A stretch of DNA of 62,440 nucleotides, filler included, from Basidiobolus ranarum (taxonomy: Eukaryota), in NCBI GenBank assembly GCA_040143965.1. It is 20 parts of 20 records of this genome, joined end to end, with 100 filler letters (N's around TTAATTAATTAA, not from the genome) between each part and the next. Parts side by side here need not be neighbours in the genome. Positions count along the whole stretch, not along the records: positions 37,592 to 40,615 come from JASJQH010009661.1; positions 40,716 to 43,736 come from JASJQH010009662.1; positions 43,837 to 46,856 come from JASJQH010009663.1; positions 46,957 to 49,976 come from JASJQH010009664.1; 16 more parts are not named here. One strand, written 5' to 3'. Of the stretch, positions 37,848-50,076 are shown piece by piece. The notes beneath the pieces were generated by a model. That model was not told the DNA's origin and did not search any database. It saw only the letters and a list, made by a program, of their open reading frames with translations. How positions within the stretch are numbered: position 1 is the stretch's first letter; every line of letters begins with the position of its first letter. A program made the translations under genes and the position numbers.

Positions 37848-38521
37848 TAATTGGCCTCCTTCAGTGAAATAGTGTAGTATTCAGAGATAGGATCAAAAAT
37901 AATATTAAGCTCATTAAAATGCTGGATATGAAGAGCTGCACCTACAAGTCTGTCTTTAGTATGTGAAGTTAATATTCCAATAGACTTCATTCCGGCATTT
38001 GAAGCCGCATCAATACCAGCAGTAGCGTCTTCGAACACAACACATTCACTTGGTGCGATGTTCAACTTCTTTGCAGCTAGTAGGTAACCTTCCGGATGTG
38101 GTTTACCATTAGTTACTTCATCAGCGGTAATCAAGATCTCAGGCAACGGGTACCGTTGGTGATTTAAACGAAATTCAGCTACAGGTCTTGAAGCTGAAGT
38201 TACGATGGCCCAAGTGTTCTTAATCAATGAGGGTAGTAGCTCAGGTACACCAACAATAGGTATAACGCCATCAGTGTCAAACCCAGCCCGAGCCTCTAAC
38301 TCATTCACTATCTCGTCTGTGGCCAAGTTTGGAGCATATCTACGTAATGTCTCCACTGTACGTACTCCATGGCAGTTTGACAGTAGTTCCTTTTCGTTAA
38401 TCCCATGGGTTCTGCAGAAATTAGTCCAGTGCTTCTCCACGCATGGAGTACAGTCTACTAATGTACCATCCATATCAAAGAGTAATCCCTTACATTTTAT
38501 AATAGTATTATTAGCGGTCAT
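37847..38521 (-). CDS. HAD-superfamily sugar/glycerol-phosphate phosphatase (GPP/DOG/YfbT-like), intronless
   Basis: FDMDGTLVD motif I, VTSA motif II, GKPHPEGY, VFEDATAGI. Confidence 0.92.
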   Translation of the reverse strand: MTANNTIIKCKGLLFDMDGTLVDCTPCVEKHWTNFCRTHGINEKELLSNCHGVRTVETLRRYAPNLATDEIVNELEARAGFDTDGVIPIVGVPELLPSLIKNTWAIVTSASRPVAEFRLNHQRYPLPEILITADEVTNGKPHPEGYLLAAKKLNIAPSECVVFEDATAGIDAASNAGMKSIGILTSHTKDRLVGAALHIQHFNELNIIFDPISEYYTISLKEAN

Positions 38522-38739
38522 GTTGGAAGGGTTTAGTCAAGTGTACAAGTTAAAGTTGTCCTTTCGTATATTCTAGCTGGTAGGAGAGAATTGTTTGATA
38601 TTTAAACATATTAGTGATGTGACGCTAATGTAATATATGGCACCTTCGCTCTTCCACCAGAGAAAAAGTAGCTACATTAGGAGATATATTTAACTATATA
38701 AGGTAATCATCAAGATACTGTGATATCCAAGTGTTTGTC

Positions 38740-38883
38740 GCAACACTAAACATTCGATACAGAGTAAGTTTCTTTTGCCAGGTGTCTGGGCTTATCTCGA
38801 ATTTTTTGCGATCATCCCATTTATTTTATGAAATATCTAATTGATTTGTTTAATTCCTCTCATTTTAGATTAAAACACTGTAT
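38740..38883. repeat. Direct repeat of about 140 bp, copy 2 (3' flank of pirin 1)
   Basis: Near-identical to 37707-37847. Confidence 0.9.
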
Positions 38884-38922
38884 CCAAATGTTTACAGTTG
38901 ATGTATGCACAAGTTTATTATG

Positions 38923-39777
38923 TCATTGGCCTATGGTGGATTTCCAAGTATCGGCATTTTCAAAACCATTGAAGCCTTCTCTGTGTTCAAATACAGCACT
39001 TTGAATCTCCTGGTCTGTATTCATGACGAAAGGCCCCATCTGTACTATTGGTTCGTTGAGTGGCTCACCTGCAATAAGGACGTAGTGTGTTTCTTCCACT
39101 GCGACCACGTCCAAAGTACAACCAGGCCTGTCAAGTATAAGAGCCATATGTGCACTTCCAAGTGCTTGGGTTTCGCCAAACTTTGAGCACCCTTTTATCA
39201 CATAAACAAAGCCATTATAATTGTCTGGAATATCTAAACAAATTCTTTCATTCTTATTTTGGTGGATATCCAAATACAACGTAGGAGTTTTGGTAAATAC
39301 ATCACTTTTAACGCCAAATGCTTCGCCAGAGATAATTTTAACGGTTGTTCCGTTTTCTAGAGTTGCTCTTGGTATGTCCTTGTCACGTATTTCTTGGTAA
39401 TTTGGTTCGTCCATCTTCTGAGAACTACGAAGATTCACCCATAGTTGTAAACCATGACACTCAGTTTTTGGCATTTCAGCATGTACAATTCCACGTCCAG
39501 CTGACATCCACTGTAAATCCCCAGAGTTAATTTCGCCTCTATGTCCAGCGAAATCCTCATGCTCAGAAGTCCCTTGCAATACATATGTCACAGTTTCAAA
39601 GCCACGATGGGGATGGTCAGGAAACCCTGAAGGGGGTGCTACCAAAAATTCATCTAAAAGTATAAACGGATCAAGTGTCTCTACCTCTTCACTACCAACA
39701 CTACGCCTGACAGAAGCACCAAATCCTTCAACATGAGGTAGCGCTTCTACAACTTTGATAACTTTACGTTGTCCCAT
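38923..39777 (-). CDS. Pirin family protein, 284 aa, intronless
   Basis: LDPFILLDEF, FPDHPHRGFETVTY, WMSAGRGIVHAEMP (Fe-binding His/His/His/Glu), GPFVMNT. Confidence 0.95.
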   Translation of the reverse strand: MGQRKVIKVVEALPHVEGFGASVRRSVGSEEVETLDPFILLDEFLVAPPSGFPDHPHRGFETVTYVLQGTSEHEDFAGHRGEINSGDLQWMSAGRGIVHAEMPKTECHGLQLWVNLRSSQKMDEPNYQEIRDKDIPRATLENGTTVKIISGEAFGVKSDVFTKTPTLYLDIHQNKNERICLDIPDNYNGFVYVIKGCSKFGETQALGSAHMALILDRPGCTLDVVAVEETHYVLIAGEPLNEPIVQMGPFVMNTDQEIQSAVFEHREGFNGFENADTWKSTIGQ

Positions 39778-39965
39778 TTAAATCTGCTTCAATTAGAACT
39801 CCTATTAGATCAATTAGAGTAGTCAAATTCCAATATGAATGATTATTTATATACTTGCGAGTTGACTGTAAAGAAATATCAATGTAGACGTCATGGTTAT
39901 CGATTGATGATTTATGAAATCAATCCAATAGCAAGATTTATTAGTTTTTATAAAAAAAAAGCAAG

Positions 39966-40615
39966 TTAGAGATTCCCAATTTTTGATTTCCAGGTGTGAG
40001 CTAATTCAAAACCATTAACACTATTCCGATAATCTTGAAACGTTTGTTGAATTTCCTGTTGATTGTTCATGACAAATGGCCCATATTGAGCGATTGGCTC
40101 TTTAATTGGTTCACCTGCTACTAGTACAAAGTGAACTGCACTGTCTTTCGTCTCAATACTAATCTTGCTTCCTTCTTCGTTGAGAGTCAGTGTGTGGTGC
40201 GCTTTGCCGTGAGTGTTCTTGGAGCCAAAGTAACCCTCTCCCTCCAGGATATATAAGAAGCCCTGGTAGCTCTCTGGAATGTCCTGCTCAAGTTTAGAGT
40301 TTTTCTCCACTTTGAAGTCTAGATACATGGTGGGTGTCTTGGTGACTACAGGGCTGGTGACCCCGAATGACTCACCGGCAATCACTTTGATCACTGCATC
40401 AGTCCCAGGTGGCGACACTCTTGGGATTTCTTTGTCAAGCAACTCTTGGTAACGTGGCTCACACATCTTGTCAGCACCACTCAGGTTGACCCACAGCTGT
40501 AGACCATGACATTTGGTTTTGGGCATTTCGGCATGAACAATCCCGCGACCAGCAGTCATCCATTGGAGGTCACCGGGGCCAATCTCGCCTTTATGACCTA
40601 CAAAATCTTCGTGAG
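39966..40615 (-). CDS. Second pirin, 5' truncated by contig end
   Basis: Frame open to contig end: HEDFVGHKGEIGPGDLQWMTAGRGIVHAEMP...YGPFVMN. Confidence 0.93.
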
Positions 40616-40715
40616 NNNNNNNNNNNNNNNNNNNNNNNNNNNNNNNNNNNNNNNNNNNNTTAATTAATTAANNNNNNNNNNNNNNNNNNNNNNNNNNNNN
40701 NNNNNNNNNNNNNNN

Positions 40716-40822
40716 CAAAATGTATAAATGCTTAATTTCTGGTCAATAAATAATTATCTCACAAAGCTATTCACAACTCCACTTTTCTAAAGTTCCTCCA
40801 AACAGCCCATATTTTCCCAATA
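40716..40822 (+). mobile_element. Copia family A LTR 3' end
   Basis: ...AAACAGCCCATATTTTCCCAATA. Confidence 0.8.
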
Positions 40823-40839
40823 ATTAAAGGGCTATACCT

Positions 40840-41690
40840 TAAATACCACCCTTATGTATCAGGAGTTCTTTTTTATACAATATCCTTCACATGCTGCAAC
40901 ACAAACATTAAAAGAAGCCCTGCTATTATTGCCACAAATTCTTCTACTGTGAAAGCTGGAGGCTTGTTAGAAAAATTAATCACAAACATGCACACTGTAC
41001 AAAGCTACCAGCTGCATTAAGCCTGGGGAATATCAACAGTAATAAGTGCACAGAATCAACTTTAGTTTTCCCGCTAAGTCCACTGACTGTACTTTGCCTC
41101 AAAGTTTTGGTAACACTGCCAAAGGTCAAGATACCATGATGTTACCATTGTTATATGACCAGAATGGTGTCAAGAGAAATGCAACTTTGGTCAAACCAGT
41201 AAGTCGAGACAACTTTAGGACATGCTGCTAGATGTTGATCTTGGTTATTCCAGTAATGATGGTAGTATATCAGAAGTTGAAGAAGAAGACAACAGTTTTG
41301 TTATGGACTCATTGTTATTGACAAGCATTAGTCCACTCAAAACACTTACTGTAAAGGAAGCAGCTTTAATTATTGAGGAGTAGAGAGCTCAATCCAATCT
41401 TAGAAACCAGGTGTTTATTGGCTTTCTTAAGCTTTTACCACAGTTGATTGGCAACTATTGCTTGCCACAGGCCAGGTAAAAGTGGAAAACACTTGTGAAC
41501 TGCATGAGTTATAATCCTTCAGTAAATAAAAAACCTACATATCCATATAGTTGTTTGGCTTTCACCAGTGAACTAAAAAATCTGAAGACATGTACTGTTT
41601 GTACACAATTGACAATCACTAAATTAGGTTATTAATGTTCACATTTGGTATGAAGTTAGCAAAATTCATGATTCCAGAACTTATTGACAA
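40840..41690 (+). pseudogene. Family E divergent ORF, probable N-terminus of a CACTA-type transposase
   Basis: Antisense to the region upstream of the MPFKKH ORF. Contains YPYSCLAFTSELKNLKTCTVC (41540-41602), resembling the Cys cluster that precedes tnp2 cores. Confidence 0.55.
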
Positions 41691-41696
41691 AAGTTG

Positions 41697-42779
41697 CAAT
41701 ATTTAGTAGACTAGAAGGTACACTCTACAAATGATCACTCATATGAGCCAACAACAAATCTTTCTAATTCTACAGAACTTGGCCAGGAGTATCATGAAGC
41801 CTACCCAGAAAAACCTGGCCCTATGATGTCTGGAAGCCATCAATAAAGGAGGGAATACTGTCATGATTCTCATCTTGGCATATTCATCTAATGAAAATAG
41901 AATTCTTCTATTATTAGATTATGACATTATTTTTGAAGTTTATTGTCTTTATTGTATTAGTTACTGCTATCTTTTTATGCCTAACTATTTCATGTATCAC
42001 AAATAAGTTAGCTAACATTACTTTGTCAAATATCACTCAACTTCAAATTGGAACCTATTTTATATATATATGTGAATAATATGAGAGCTAGCAATTCCAT
42101 GTTGAAAATCTCAAACCCATCTAAATTGCCCCAGAGATAGCTCATTTTACATCCACAAATGTTTTGAGCACAGCCCCAGTGATAGTTTTCTGTATTTCCA
42201 CCAAATTGTGTAAATGCTTTATTTCTGGACAATAAATAATTATCTCACAAAGCTATTCACAACTCCACTTTTTGAAAGTTCCTTCAAACAGCCAATATTT
42301 TTGCAATAATTATATTGGTTGTGCCATCCTTTCATGGCAATTTTGTATTAGTTCATCCAGGTTACCTTATATGGAAGTCATGTTTTTTGGAACATTCCAT
42401 GAAACCTAACCAATCATGTCATCCCACACAGAGTGTATTTCCACCAAGACCTTCCATGGAAGGTCATCTGATCATCCTTATATCATCCCTCTTTGTATTG
42501 GTCCTTGTAGTCCCAACACCCCAACACTAGAACTAGCTACAGTATATTCTCTATTGAGTATATTATGTTTCACTCTAAAATACCTATATAAGCTCCAGTT
42601 ATTCATTGATAAGTCCTCTGTGTGTCAATGTCAGTATTCAATAAAGATTTTTGCCAAAGTATCTTCCCTGTCCAGTCTTGTCTTGCTTTGTCTTGTCTTG
42701 TGGTCTACACCAAAGTACTCTTCTGCCTTCTAGACTCTTGTTGTTGCTTCCAGTGCTTGTTCAGTTCCTTATTGCAACA
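41697..42779 (+). mobile_element. Ty3/gypsy (chromovirus) family B 3' end: chromodomain, PPT, 3' LTR (41859-42779)
   Basis: QYLVD*KV...YEPTTNL...QEYHEAYPEKPGP, then AAAGGAGGGAATAC, then TGTCATGA. LTR split by a family A solo LTR. Confidence 0.87.
41931..42308 (+). mobile_element. Solo LTR, copia family A, nested in gypsy LTR
   Basis: TTTTGAAG...GCAATA with perfect TSD ATTAT (41926-41930 / 42309-42313). Confidence 0.9.
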
Positions 42780-43736
42780 GTTACTCATATTGCAAATGTG
42801 AGATCTGTGGCAAAACAACTGGAAAATATTGGTGCAACTTTACAGTAAGAAGGTGTCATTATGACTCATCTAAGTAATCTACCTGAACAGTATTCAAGCT
42901 TGGTCAAAGCTTTGGAAGCAAGATCTAACAAGTTATTGTTGGAGTTTGTGGTTGCAAGACTAATGGATCAACACCTCAGAAGTAAGAATTCCAAAAATGA
43001 ATCTTAGGAAGTTGCTCTTTTTGGAGCTAGAAAATGTAGCTTAGGCAAGTACAAAGGCTACAGCACAAGGAATCCAGGTTTATGCTATGGTTATATCAAA
43101 CCAGGACACCAGTGAAAAGATTGCAAATCAAGAATTACAACAATAATGAGAAGTCAGAACAAGCAAATCAGGTTTAAACTAAAGAGGAACTTTTACTCAT
43201 TTCTGCCCTATCAGTGATCTCTGAACAAGACTGTAGGTGGAGTTATATTGATTCTTCAGGCTCTCAACATTTCTTTAATGAAAAAAACCGGTGTAACACA
43301 CCCAAAACTGACATAAACAAGAATGTTTATATAGGAGATCAGTGGCCACTAGAACCTCTGGGAGTGGGAGAAATTGAAGTGGATCTTTGGAGAATCTCTG
43401 GGGACATGTATTTGACACTGGAAAAAGTGCTATATGTGCCTGAGATAGCAAAATATTTGTTTTCAGTGAGTAAAGCTACAGCTTAGGGATATAGCTTTAC
43501 TCTTGATCAAAATTGCTGTACAATGAGGAATCAAATAGGGAATTATGTAGCTTCTGGGGCTGAACAAAATAACTTTTTTAAGCTTCATTATATTAGGCCA
43601 ATATATGAACAAGTTAATACTGCCACAGCTGAACAGATACACTGGAAAATCTGGCATAGGAGATTGGGTCATCTAGGTGCTGAAAATATGAGAAATTTAA
43701 TCAAAAACAAGATGGTTTTGGGACTAAGTTTTGTAA
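42780..43736 (+). mobile_element. Copia gag-protease-pre-integrase (decayed)
   Basis: HIANVRSVAKQLENIG, LEFVVARLMDQ, YIDSSGSQH, WHRRLGH. Homologous to 16456-18268. Confidence 0.87.
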
Positions 43737-43836
43737 NNNNNNNNNNNNNNNNNNNNNNNNNNNNNNNNNNNNNNNNNNNNTTAATTAATTAANNNNNNNN
43801 NNNNNNNNNNNNNNNNNNNNNNNNNNNNNNNNNNNN

Positions 43837-44181
43837 AGGTGAAACATAATTTACTGAATAGGGAATATACTGTGGCAAGTTTGAGAGTTGGGGTATTAGG
43901 GACTACCAGGACCAATACAAAGTGGGATGTTGAAGGATGATGTAAGGATGATCAGGTGACCTTCCATGGAAGGTCTTGGCGGAGATACACTATGTGTGGG
44001 ATGATATGATTGGTTATGTTTCATGGAATGTTCCAAAGAACATGACTTCCATATAAGGTAAACTGGACAAACTACCACAAGATTGCCAAGAAGGGATGGC
44101 GCAGCAGATATGATGTTATCTTCTAATAATTGAAGAGTTCTATCAGCAGTGGATCAGTATGCCAAGATCAGAATCATAACA
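43837..44181 (-). mobile_element. Family B LTR, partial
   Basis: Matches the corresponding part of 28909-29438 and ends GAATCATAACA. Confidence 0.82.
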
Positions 44182-45856
44182 GCACCCTTCTGCTAAATAT
44201 TTGCCTACTGAAGTGCCCAATACAATGTCAGAAGTTTTAGTACCTTTATCCCAAACTAGGAGATCAAATTGGATCAGATATAGCCCTGAGTACTATGTCA
44301 ATGAGTGCCAAAATTGAACCTATGCATGTACAGCTTGAATACATGCACCCCAGACTGTAAAAGAGGCCCTAAATGGATCTCAGATGGCATTTTGGAGATC
44401 TGCAATGGCTGATGAGTATCAGGCTTTGATTGATAATCAAACTTGGACTTTAACCAACTTACATGAGGATAGAAAAACAATATGCTGCCAATGGGTGTTT
44501 AAAGTTAAATACAACTCTGATGGCAATACAGAAAAGTACAAGGCTTGACTAGCAGCCAAAGGCTATCCCTAACCACCATGAATAGATTATACAGAAGCTT
44601 TGCTCCTGTAGCAAAGTTTACTTCAATGAGATTGATTTTAGCAATTTCAGCTAGTTATCAGTTTATTATATAGCAAATGGACATTAAAGCTGCTTTTTTA
44701 AACAGTGAGCTTGCTGAGGAGATCCATATAGAGCAGCCAGATGGATTTGTGGACCCTGAAAACCCTAAAAAAGCTTACAGACTCCTGAAAACACTCTATG
44801 GCTTAACACAAACTCCAAGAGCTTGGAATACTAAGATAGATGCTTCTTGGAAATACTCAAATTCCATAATAGCAAAGCTGACTATAGTATCTACTTCAGG
44901 CCAGATAAGACAAAACCAGCTTTATTAGCATTATATGTTGATGACCTTATTATAGCAACTAATGACTTTAAGACTTTGGGTAAAACCAAAGCCAGCTTAT
45001 CTGCCAAATTCAAAATGACTGATCTTGGTGAACAGACATACTATCTTGGAATCCAAATTGAGATATATAGAACTACTAAAACAGTAACTTTAAACCAGTC
45101 TAAGTATATCCTAGATATACTAAAGAAGTTTAAAATGGAGGAATGTAATCCAGTATCTACTCTAATGGAGGCAAATCTTATCTTGACCAAAAATGGCTCA
45201 AATCAGATGTTTTTAGATTCAAATGAAACTCAGAAATCTTGTTATTGATCTATGGTTTGTAGTCTGATATATATCATGGTTGTTACATGGCAAAACATTG
45301 CGTATTCCTTGGGAGTTATGTGCCAATGTCTTCAAAATTATGGATCCGATCAAATCATAGCATTTAAGCAGATTTTTGAATATTTGAAAGGTAATGTAGA
45401 TCAATGCTTAGAATACACATATTCTAGATCAAACTTTGATCTGATGGGAGATTCAGATGCATATTGGGGAAGAGATATTGAAGCCAGGAGATATACAACA
45501 GGGTACAGATTTCTTTGCTGTAGTGGAGCTATTTGTTGGAATTCAGAGAAGCATCCCACCTTAGCACTTCCAACAACAGAAGCTGAATAAATGGCTACCA
45601 ATGAAGCAACATAAGAAGCAACATTGTTAAGAAAGCTCTTAACAGATTCAGGTTATTCTCAAAATTCACCTACTGAAATATTTCAAGATAATTAAGGTAA
45701 TATGATATTAACTAAAAATCCTTTGTTTCATAATGGAAGCAAACATATTGACACTAAGCATCACTTCATTTGAGAGACCATGGATAATAAGTTTGTTGAC
45801 TTAACTTATTGCTCTATAGAAGACATGATTGCTGATATATTAACCAAACCATTAGC
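44182..45856 (+). mobile_element. Copia reverse transcriptase-RNase H (decayed)
   Basis: WVFKVK, MDIKAAFLN, LYGLTQTPRAWN, LYVDD, MTDLG, DSDAYWG, ALPTTEAE, KHIDTKHHF, MIADILTKPL. Confidence 0.93.
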
Positions 45857-46148
45857 TACTGAAGTTTATTGTCTTTATCATATTTGTTATCTCTATCTTT
45901 ATACACCTAGCTATCTCATATAACACATATAAGCTAGTTAACATTACTTAATCAAATATCACTTAGCAGAAAATCAGAACATATATTATATATATATATG
46001 TAAATAATGTGAGAATTAGCAATTCCATATTGGAAATTTCAAACTCATCCAAGTTGCCCCAAAGAGAGCTCATTTTACTCCCACAGATGTTCTGAACACA
46101 ACCCAGGTGTTAGTTTTCTGTATAGCTACCAAAATGTATAAATGCTTT
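45857..46148 (+). mobile_element. Family A LTR interrupted by a family B element
   Basis: TACTGAAGTTTATTG... colinear with family A until 46148. Confidence 0.83.
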
Positions 46149-46856
46149 TGTCACAATAAGGAACTGGACAAGGACTGGAAAAAACAATAAGAGGCTAGAA
46201 GGCAGGAGAGTACTTGGGTGTAGACCACAAGACAAGACAAGACAAGACTGGACAAGGAAGATACTTTAGCAAGAATCTTTATTCATAACTGGTGTTGATT
46301 AGACTGAGGTCTGATCAAGGAATAAATGGGGCTTATATAGATATTGCAAGGTGAAACATAATATACTTAGTAGGGAATATACTGTGGCAAGTTTGAGAGT
46401 TGGGGTGTTGGGGACTTCAAGGACCAATACAAAGAGGGATGATGTAAGGATGGTGTAAGGATGAATAAGTGACCTTCCATGGAAGGTCCTGGCAGAAATA
46501 CACTATGTGCAGAATGACATGAATGGGTGGGTTTCATGGAATGTTCCAAAGAACATGTTTTCCATATAAGGTAATCTGGATGAACTGACATCAGATTGCC
46601 AAGAAGGGATGGCAGAGCAGATTTGATGTCACAATCTAATAATAGAGAAGTTCAATTTGTAGTGAATCAGTATGCCAAGATCATAATCATGACAGTATCA
46701 CCTTCTTTAGTGATGGCTTCCAGACATCATAGGGCCCGGTTTTTCTGGGTAGGCTTCATGAAACTCCTGGCAAAGTTCATTGGAATTGGAAAGATTTGTT
46801 GCTGGCTCCCATGATTGATCATTTGTTGAGTATCCCTTCCAGTCCACTAAATATTG
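46149..46856 (-). mobile_element. Chromovirus family B 3' end: intact chromodomain (46707-46856), PPT, LTR (46149-46694)
   Basis: QYLVDWKGYSTNDQSWEPATNLSNSNELCQEFHEAYPEKPGP...*, AAGAAGGTGATAC, TGTCATGA...TGTGACA. Confidence 0.9.
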
Positions 46857-47028
46857 NNNNNNNNNNNNNNNNNNNNNNNNNNNNNNNNNNNNNNNNNNNN
46901 TTAATTAATTAANNNNNNNNNNNNNNNNNNNNNNNNNNNNNNNNNNNNNNNNNNNNTGTCACAAATTCATGAGAAACGTGTATAATGTTAATAATTTCTA
47001 GCAGTGTAAATGAACCAGAGGTAATTAT

Positions 47029-49286
47029 TTACTGCTGATCGATTTCGAGATCGGGAATCTCGGTTTGGTTGTAGTTCGCAGTTAGGATGGGACGGATGAC
47101 TGATTTAAAGTAGGGAACGGGCTCTTGAGGGTTGTTGGATTTCACTAAATTGAAGTACGCTTCGTAGACGTTGCCATCATATCTACCAAGAGGTGAGTTA
47201 ATAATGTAATCGGAGTAGTTGAATGAATCAACCAAGGGGATGGCATCTGGGCGAATGACTGAGCAGAGGTGGTTCACTTGCTCACGAATAACGGCCATAT
47301 GAGCAGCGGTGAAATATTCACAGCTAAGGAACTCTCCAGCATTTTCTTTGATGCTATGGAGACCATAGAGTAGGCATAATTTAGTGAGTACTTCGCGAAT
47401 GCTTTCTGGAGCTTGACGCACAGCATCGGCGAACTTATTGAATATATATCCAAAGCTGTGCATGCGAGCAGCATGAAGACGTTCAACAGCGCAACTTTCC
47501 AAAGCAGCGTCTTTACTAATGCTCTTAGTCTTAGCATTTTCATAGATATCTGCAGAGATCTTAACGGCACTAGCTGCTACAACACCCCAAGCTTCGGAGA
47601 TGGTCTCAAAGTTAACGATGGAGGCAACATCATCTCCAGGGCAACGGAAAGTACTCAATTTATCTGCCATCTTAAGATAATTGAATCCTTTGGATACGTT
47701 GTTACCACGTTTGATATCGGCATAGCTACTGATAAGGGAACGACCAGTTTGGAGAGTCAAGATGGTATTATCTCCCTCCCAAGTGCACTGAACAGCAAAG
47801 TCAGAGTACATAGATGCTAATCCAGTATAACCGGAATAACCATGACCACCGCAGGCTTGACGACATTGCTCAATGGCACTCAAACAGTTCCAGGTACAGA
47901 ATGCTTTAAGTCCAGCGGTAGTGGCGTGGGTTTCTTTTAGAAGCTCAATGGTTTCGGTCAAATCTTGACCAGGACGGGTATTTTGCATCTGGGACATCAA
48001 CTGATTGTATTGCTTGCTTACCTCCATACTAGTAAAGTTGACAGCAATGGCTTCAGCGAGTAAAGGTAATAAACGATTTTGATGGATAACGTAGTCCAAG
48101 ATCTTTGTCTCGGGTTGCTTAGGATCAGAGGAAAATTGGCGACGAACAGCAGCATAACGAAGTGCAATGGTAAGGGCTTTCTTGGCATAATTTGCACTGT
48201 CACGAATCATCGTAACTCTACCACTAATAAGGGCACCATATGCAAGCTGAGCAAGAGGTGGTTGAATCACCTTTCCGGTGCGAGTTACCTTAGCAAACTT
48301 CATCAACATATTTTGACGAGGAATACGAACATAGGTGAATTGAATCCAACCATTGTCAATACCATCACGTCCCATCTTCTTACCAATATCACCAATGTTG
48401 ATACCAGGTAGTAAGTTGAATGTCTTGGGGTCACGTAGTTGAACAACGAATGGTTTGACGCCGTAGTTCTTGCCCTTGACAATTAATTGAGCAAAGGCAG
48501 TGGTGTGAGTGGCAGTATGTGCTGCACCACCAATCCACCATTTAGTGGCAGTGGTTGTAGGAGTATGAATGATGAATTCATCGGTGGCTTCGTCAAATGT
48601 AGCAGTGGTTTCTAGCGCAGCAACATTAGATCCATGTCCGAGCTCAGTCATGGCGAAACATCCAGTGACACCATTTAAAGCCATGGCACCCTTTTTGACC
48701 CAGTATGCGTACTGGGCTGGAGTAGCCTGGCCCTGAATGGTACCAAAGAATAGACCGCTGTGGACACCCAGTCTGGTATAGAAGGCAGGGTCAACTAAGC
48801 CCATCAGGATAATACGTTTGAGGAAGACTTCAGGAGTTTCACTTGCTAAGCTAGGAAGCACATTTCTAAGTTTGGCCAAGGTTCTCTCTCTCACTTCAGG
48901 AAGAGATAAATTGTAATGGTCATCCATATTCCACAAAGGATCTCTCTCCAGCTCGAACATGAATTTTTCATACAACTAACATTTGAAATAGATCTGATTA
49001 GTACTTAATTCAGAGGGAACTTACTGCAACAGACCAACCTTGGTGTCTTCTTCACTACCATCTAGATAGTATGTCAATTCTCGAATAGGGAAGGAGGGAT
49101 TGGCTCTTTCTGCAGCTAATGATTCGGTAGGTCTATAGATGTTAGGTTAGTATCACGGGCAAGATACAACAGTGTCGAGAATAATGCTTACGTAGGAGTT
49201 TGAATAGGTTGACGAGCCTTGACTTGTTTTTTGGCCTCGAGGTGTGACTTCACTGAAGCGATACGACTTTCGGTATTAGGAGCCAT
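47029..49286 (-). CDS. POX1: Peroxisomal acyl-CoA oxidase, 3 exons, 711 aa
   Basis: Exons 49192-49286, 49039-49132, 47029-48975 (2136 nt), GT-AG introns with TACTAAC/TACTAAT branch points. CFAMTELGHGSN, KWWIGG, CGGHGY, TWEGDN. Confidence 0.95.
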
Positions 49287-50076
49287 GATGGATTTATGCT
49301 TCGCAAGGATCGAGGGTGAATATGGAGAGTGTGATGTGAGAGTACTAACTTAACCAAGTCTACGTTAGGCAGGGAAGCTTTATACGTATCTTAGATGAGG
49401 GGAATTGAGGTGGATGCGAATTCAGATGACAAAGAAAAAAGCATATACAATGAGGCAGAGTAACCAACTAGTCACACTGATTGGTATAATTCGTGATCCA
49501 AAATAAATTTCGATATAAATCCCCTAATGGCTGGCCAATCAAACAGGATCTATCATTTGGGTGGCAATCCCTCCTTTCGGTGCTAGTCCATAGCTGACAT
49601 GTGAGAGCCGGGGTTTTTACAGTTTTGTAACGATCATATGGTCTACCAATTCGATCCGAGGATGCCAACATCTCAGTCATGTGAAAGGGTTTGAGGCGAT
49701 AGTTTGATTATGATTTCCATTAGTCATTGCCTTCAATCCCTGAGAAAATAGACCAAGCTTTTGCATCTGAATTAGGCTGTGCTGCCTGAGTGATCATGGC
49801 GATGAAACAGCCTGCCTTTTGTTGGAGGCCGCTTAGAGTTTTTCGAGCGTGAATCTAAAATTGTCATGTCAAGGCTTACAATGGTCGTATGTGCGAGAAA
49901 TTGTGGAATTCTGGTGAAACCATTGTAGCGCTATTAAATCGAGTTAACCAGATGGGTACTAACGGCCGCTATATTGNNNNNNNNNNNNNNNNNNNNNNNN
50001 NNNNNNNNNNNNNNNNNNNNTTAATTAATTAANNNNNNNNNNNNNNNNNNNNNNNNNNNNNNNNNNNNNNNNNNNN

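Noticed and set aside
37707-40615. Integron-like cassette array
   Set aside because: Only two repeat copies, none after the second pirin, no attC-like structure and no integrase.
42315-42848. Recurrent small ORFs such as YLIWKSCSLEHSMK and GLHQSTLLPS on several contigs
   Set aside because: They lie inside family B LTRs, recur only because the LTR is repeated, and frames are not conserved.
47274-48411. Short overlapping or antisense ORFs within POX1 (similar ones in HAD, pirin, YeeE)
   Set aside because: Shadows of well-supported genes with no recognisable motifs.
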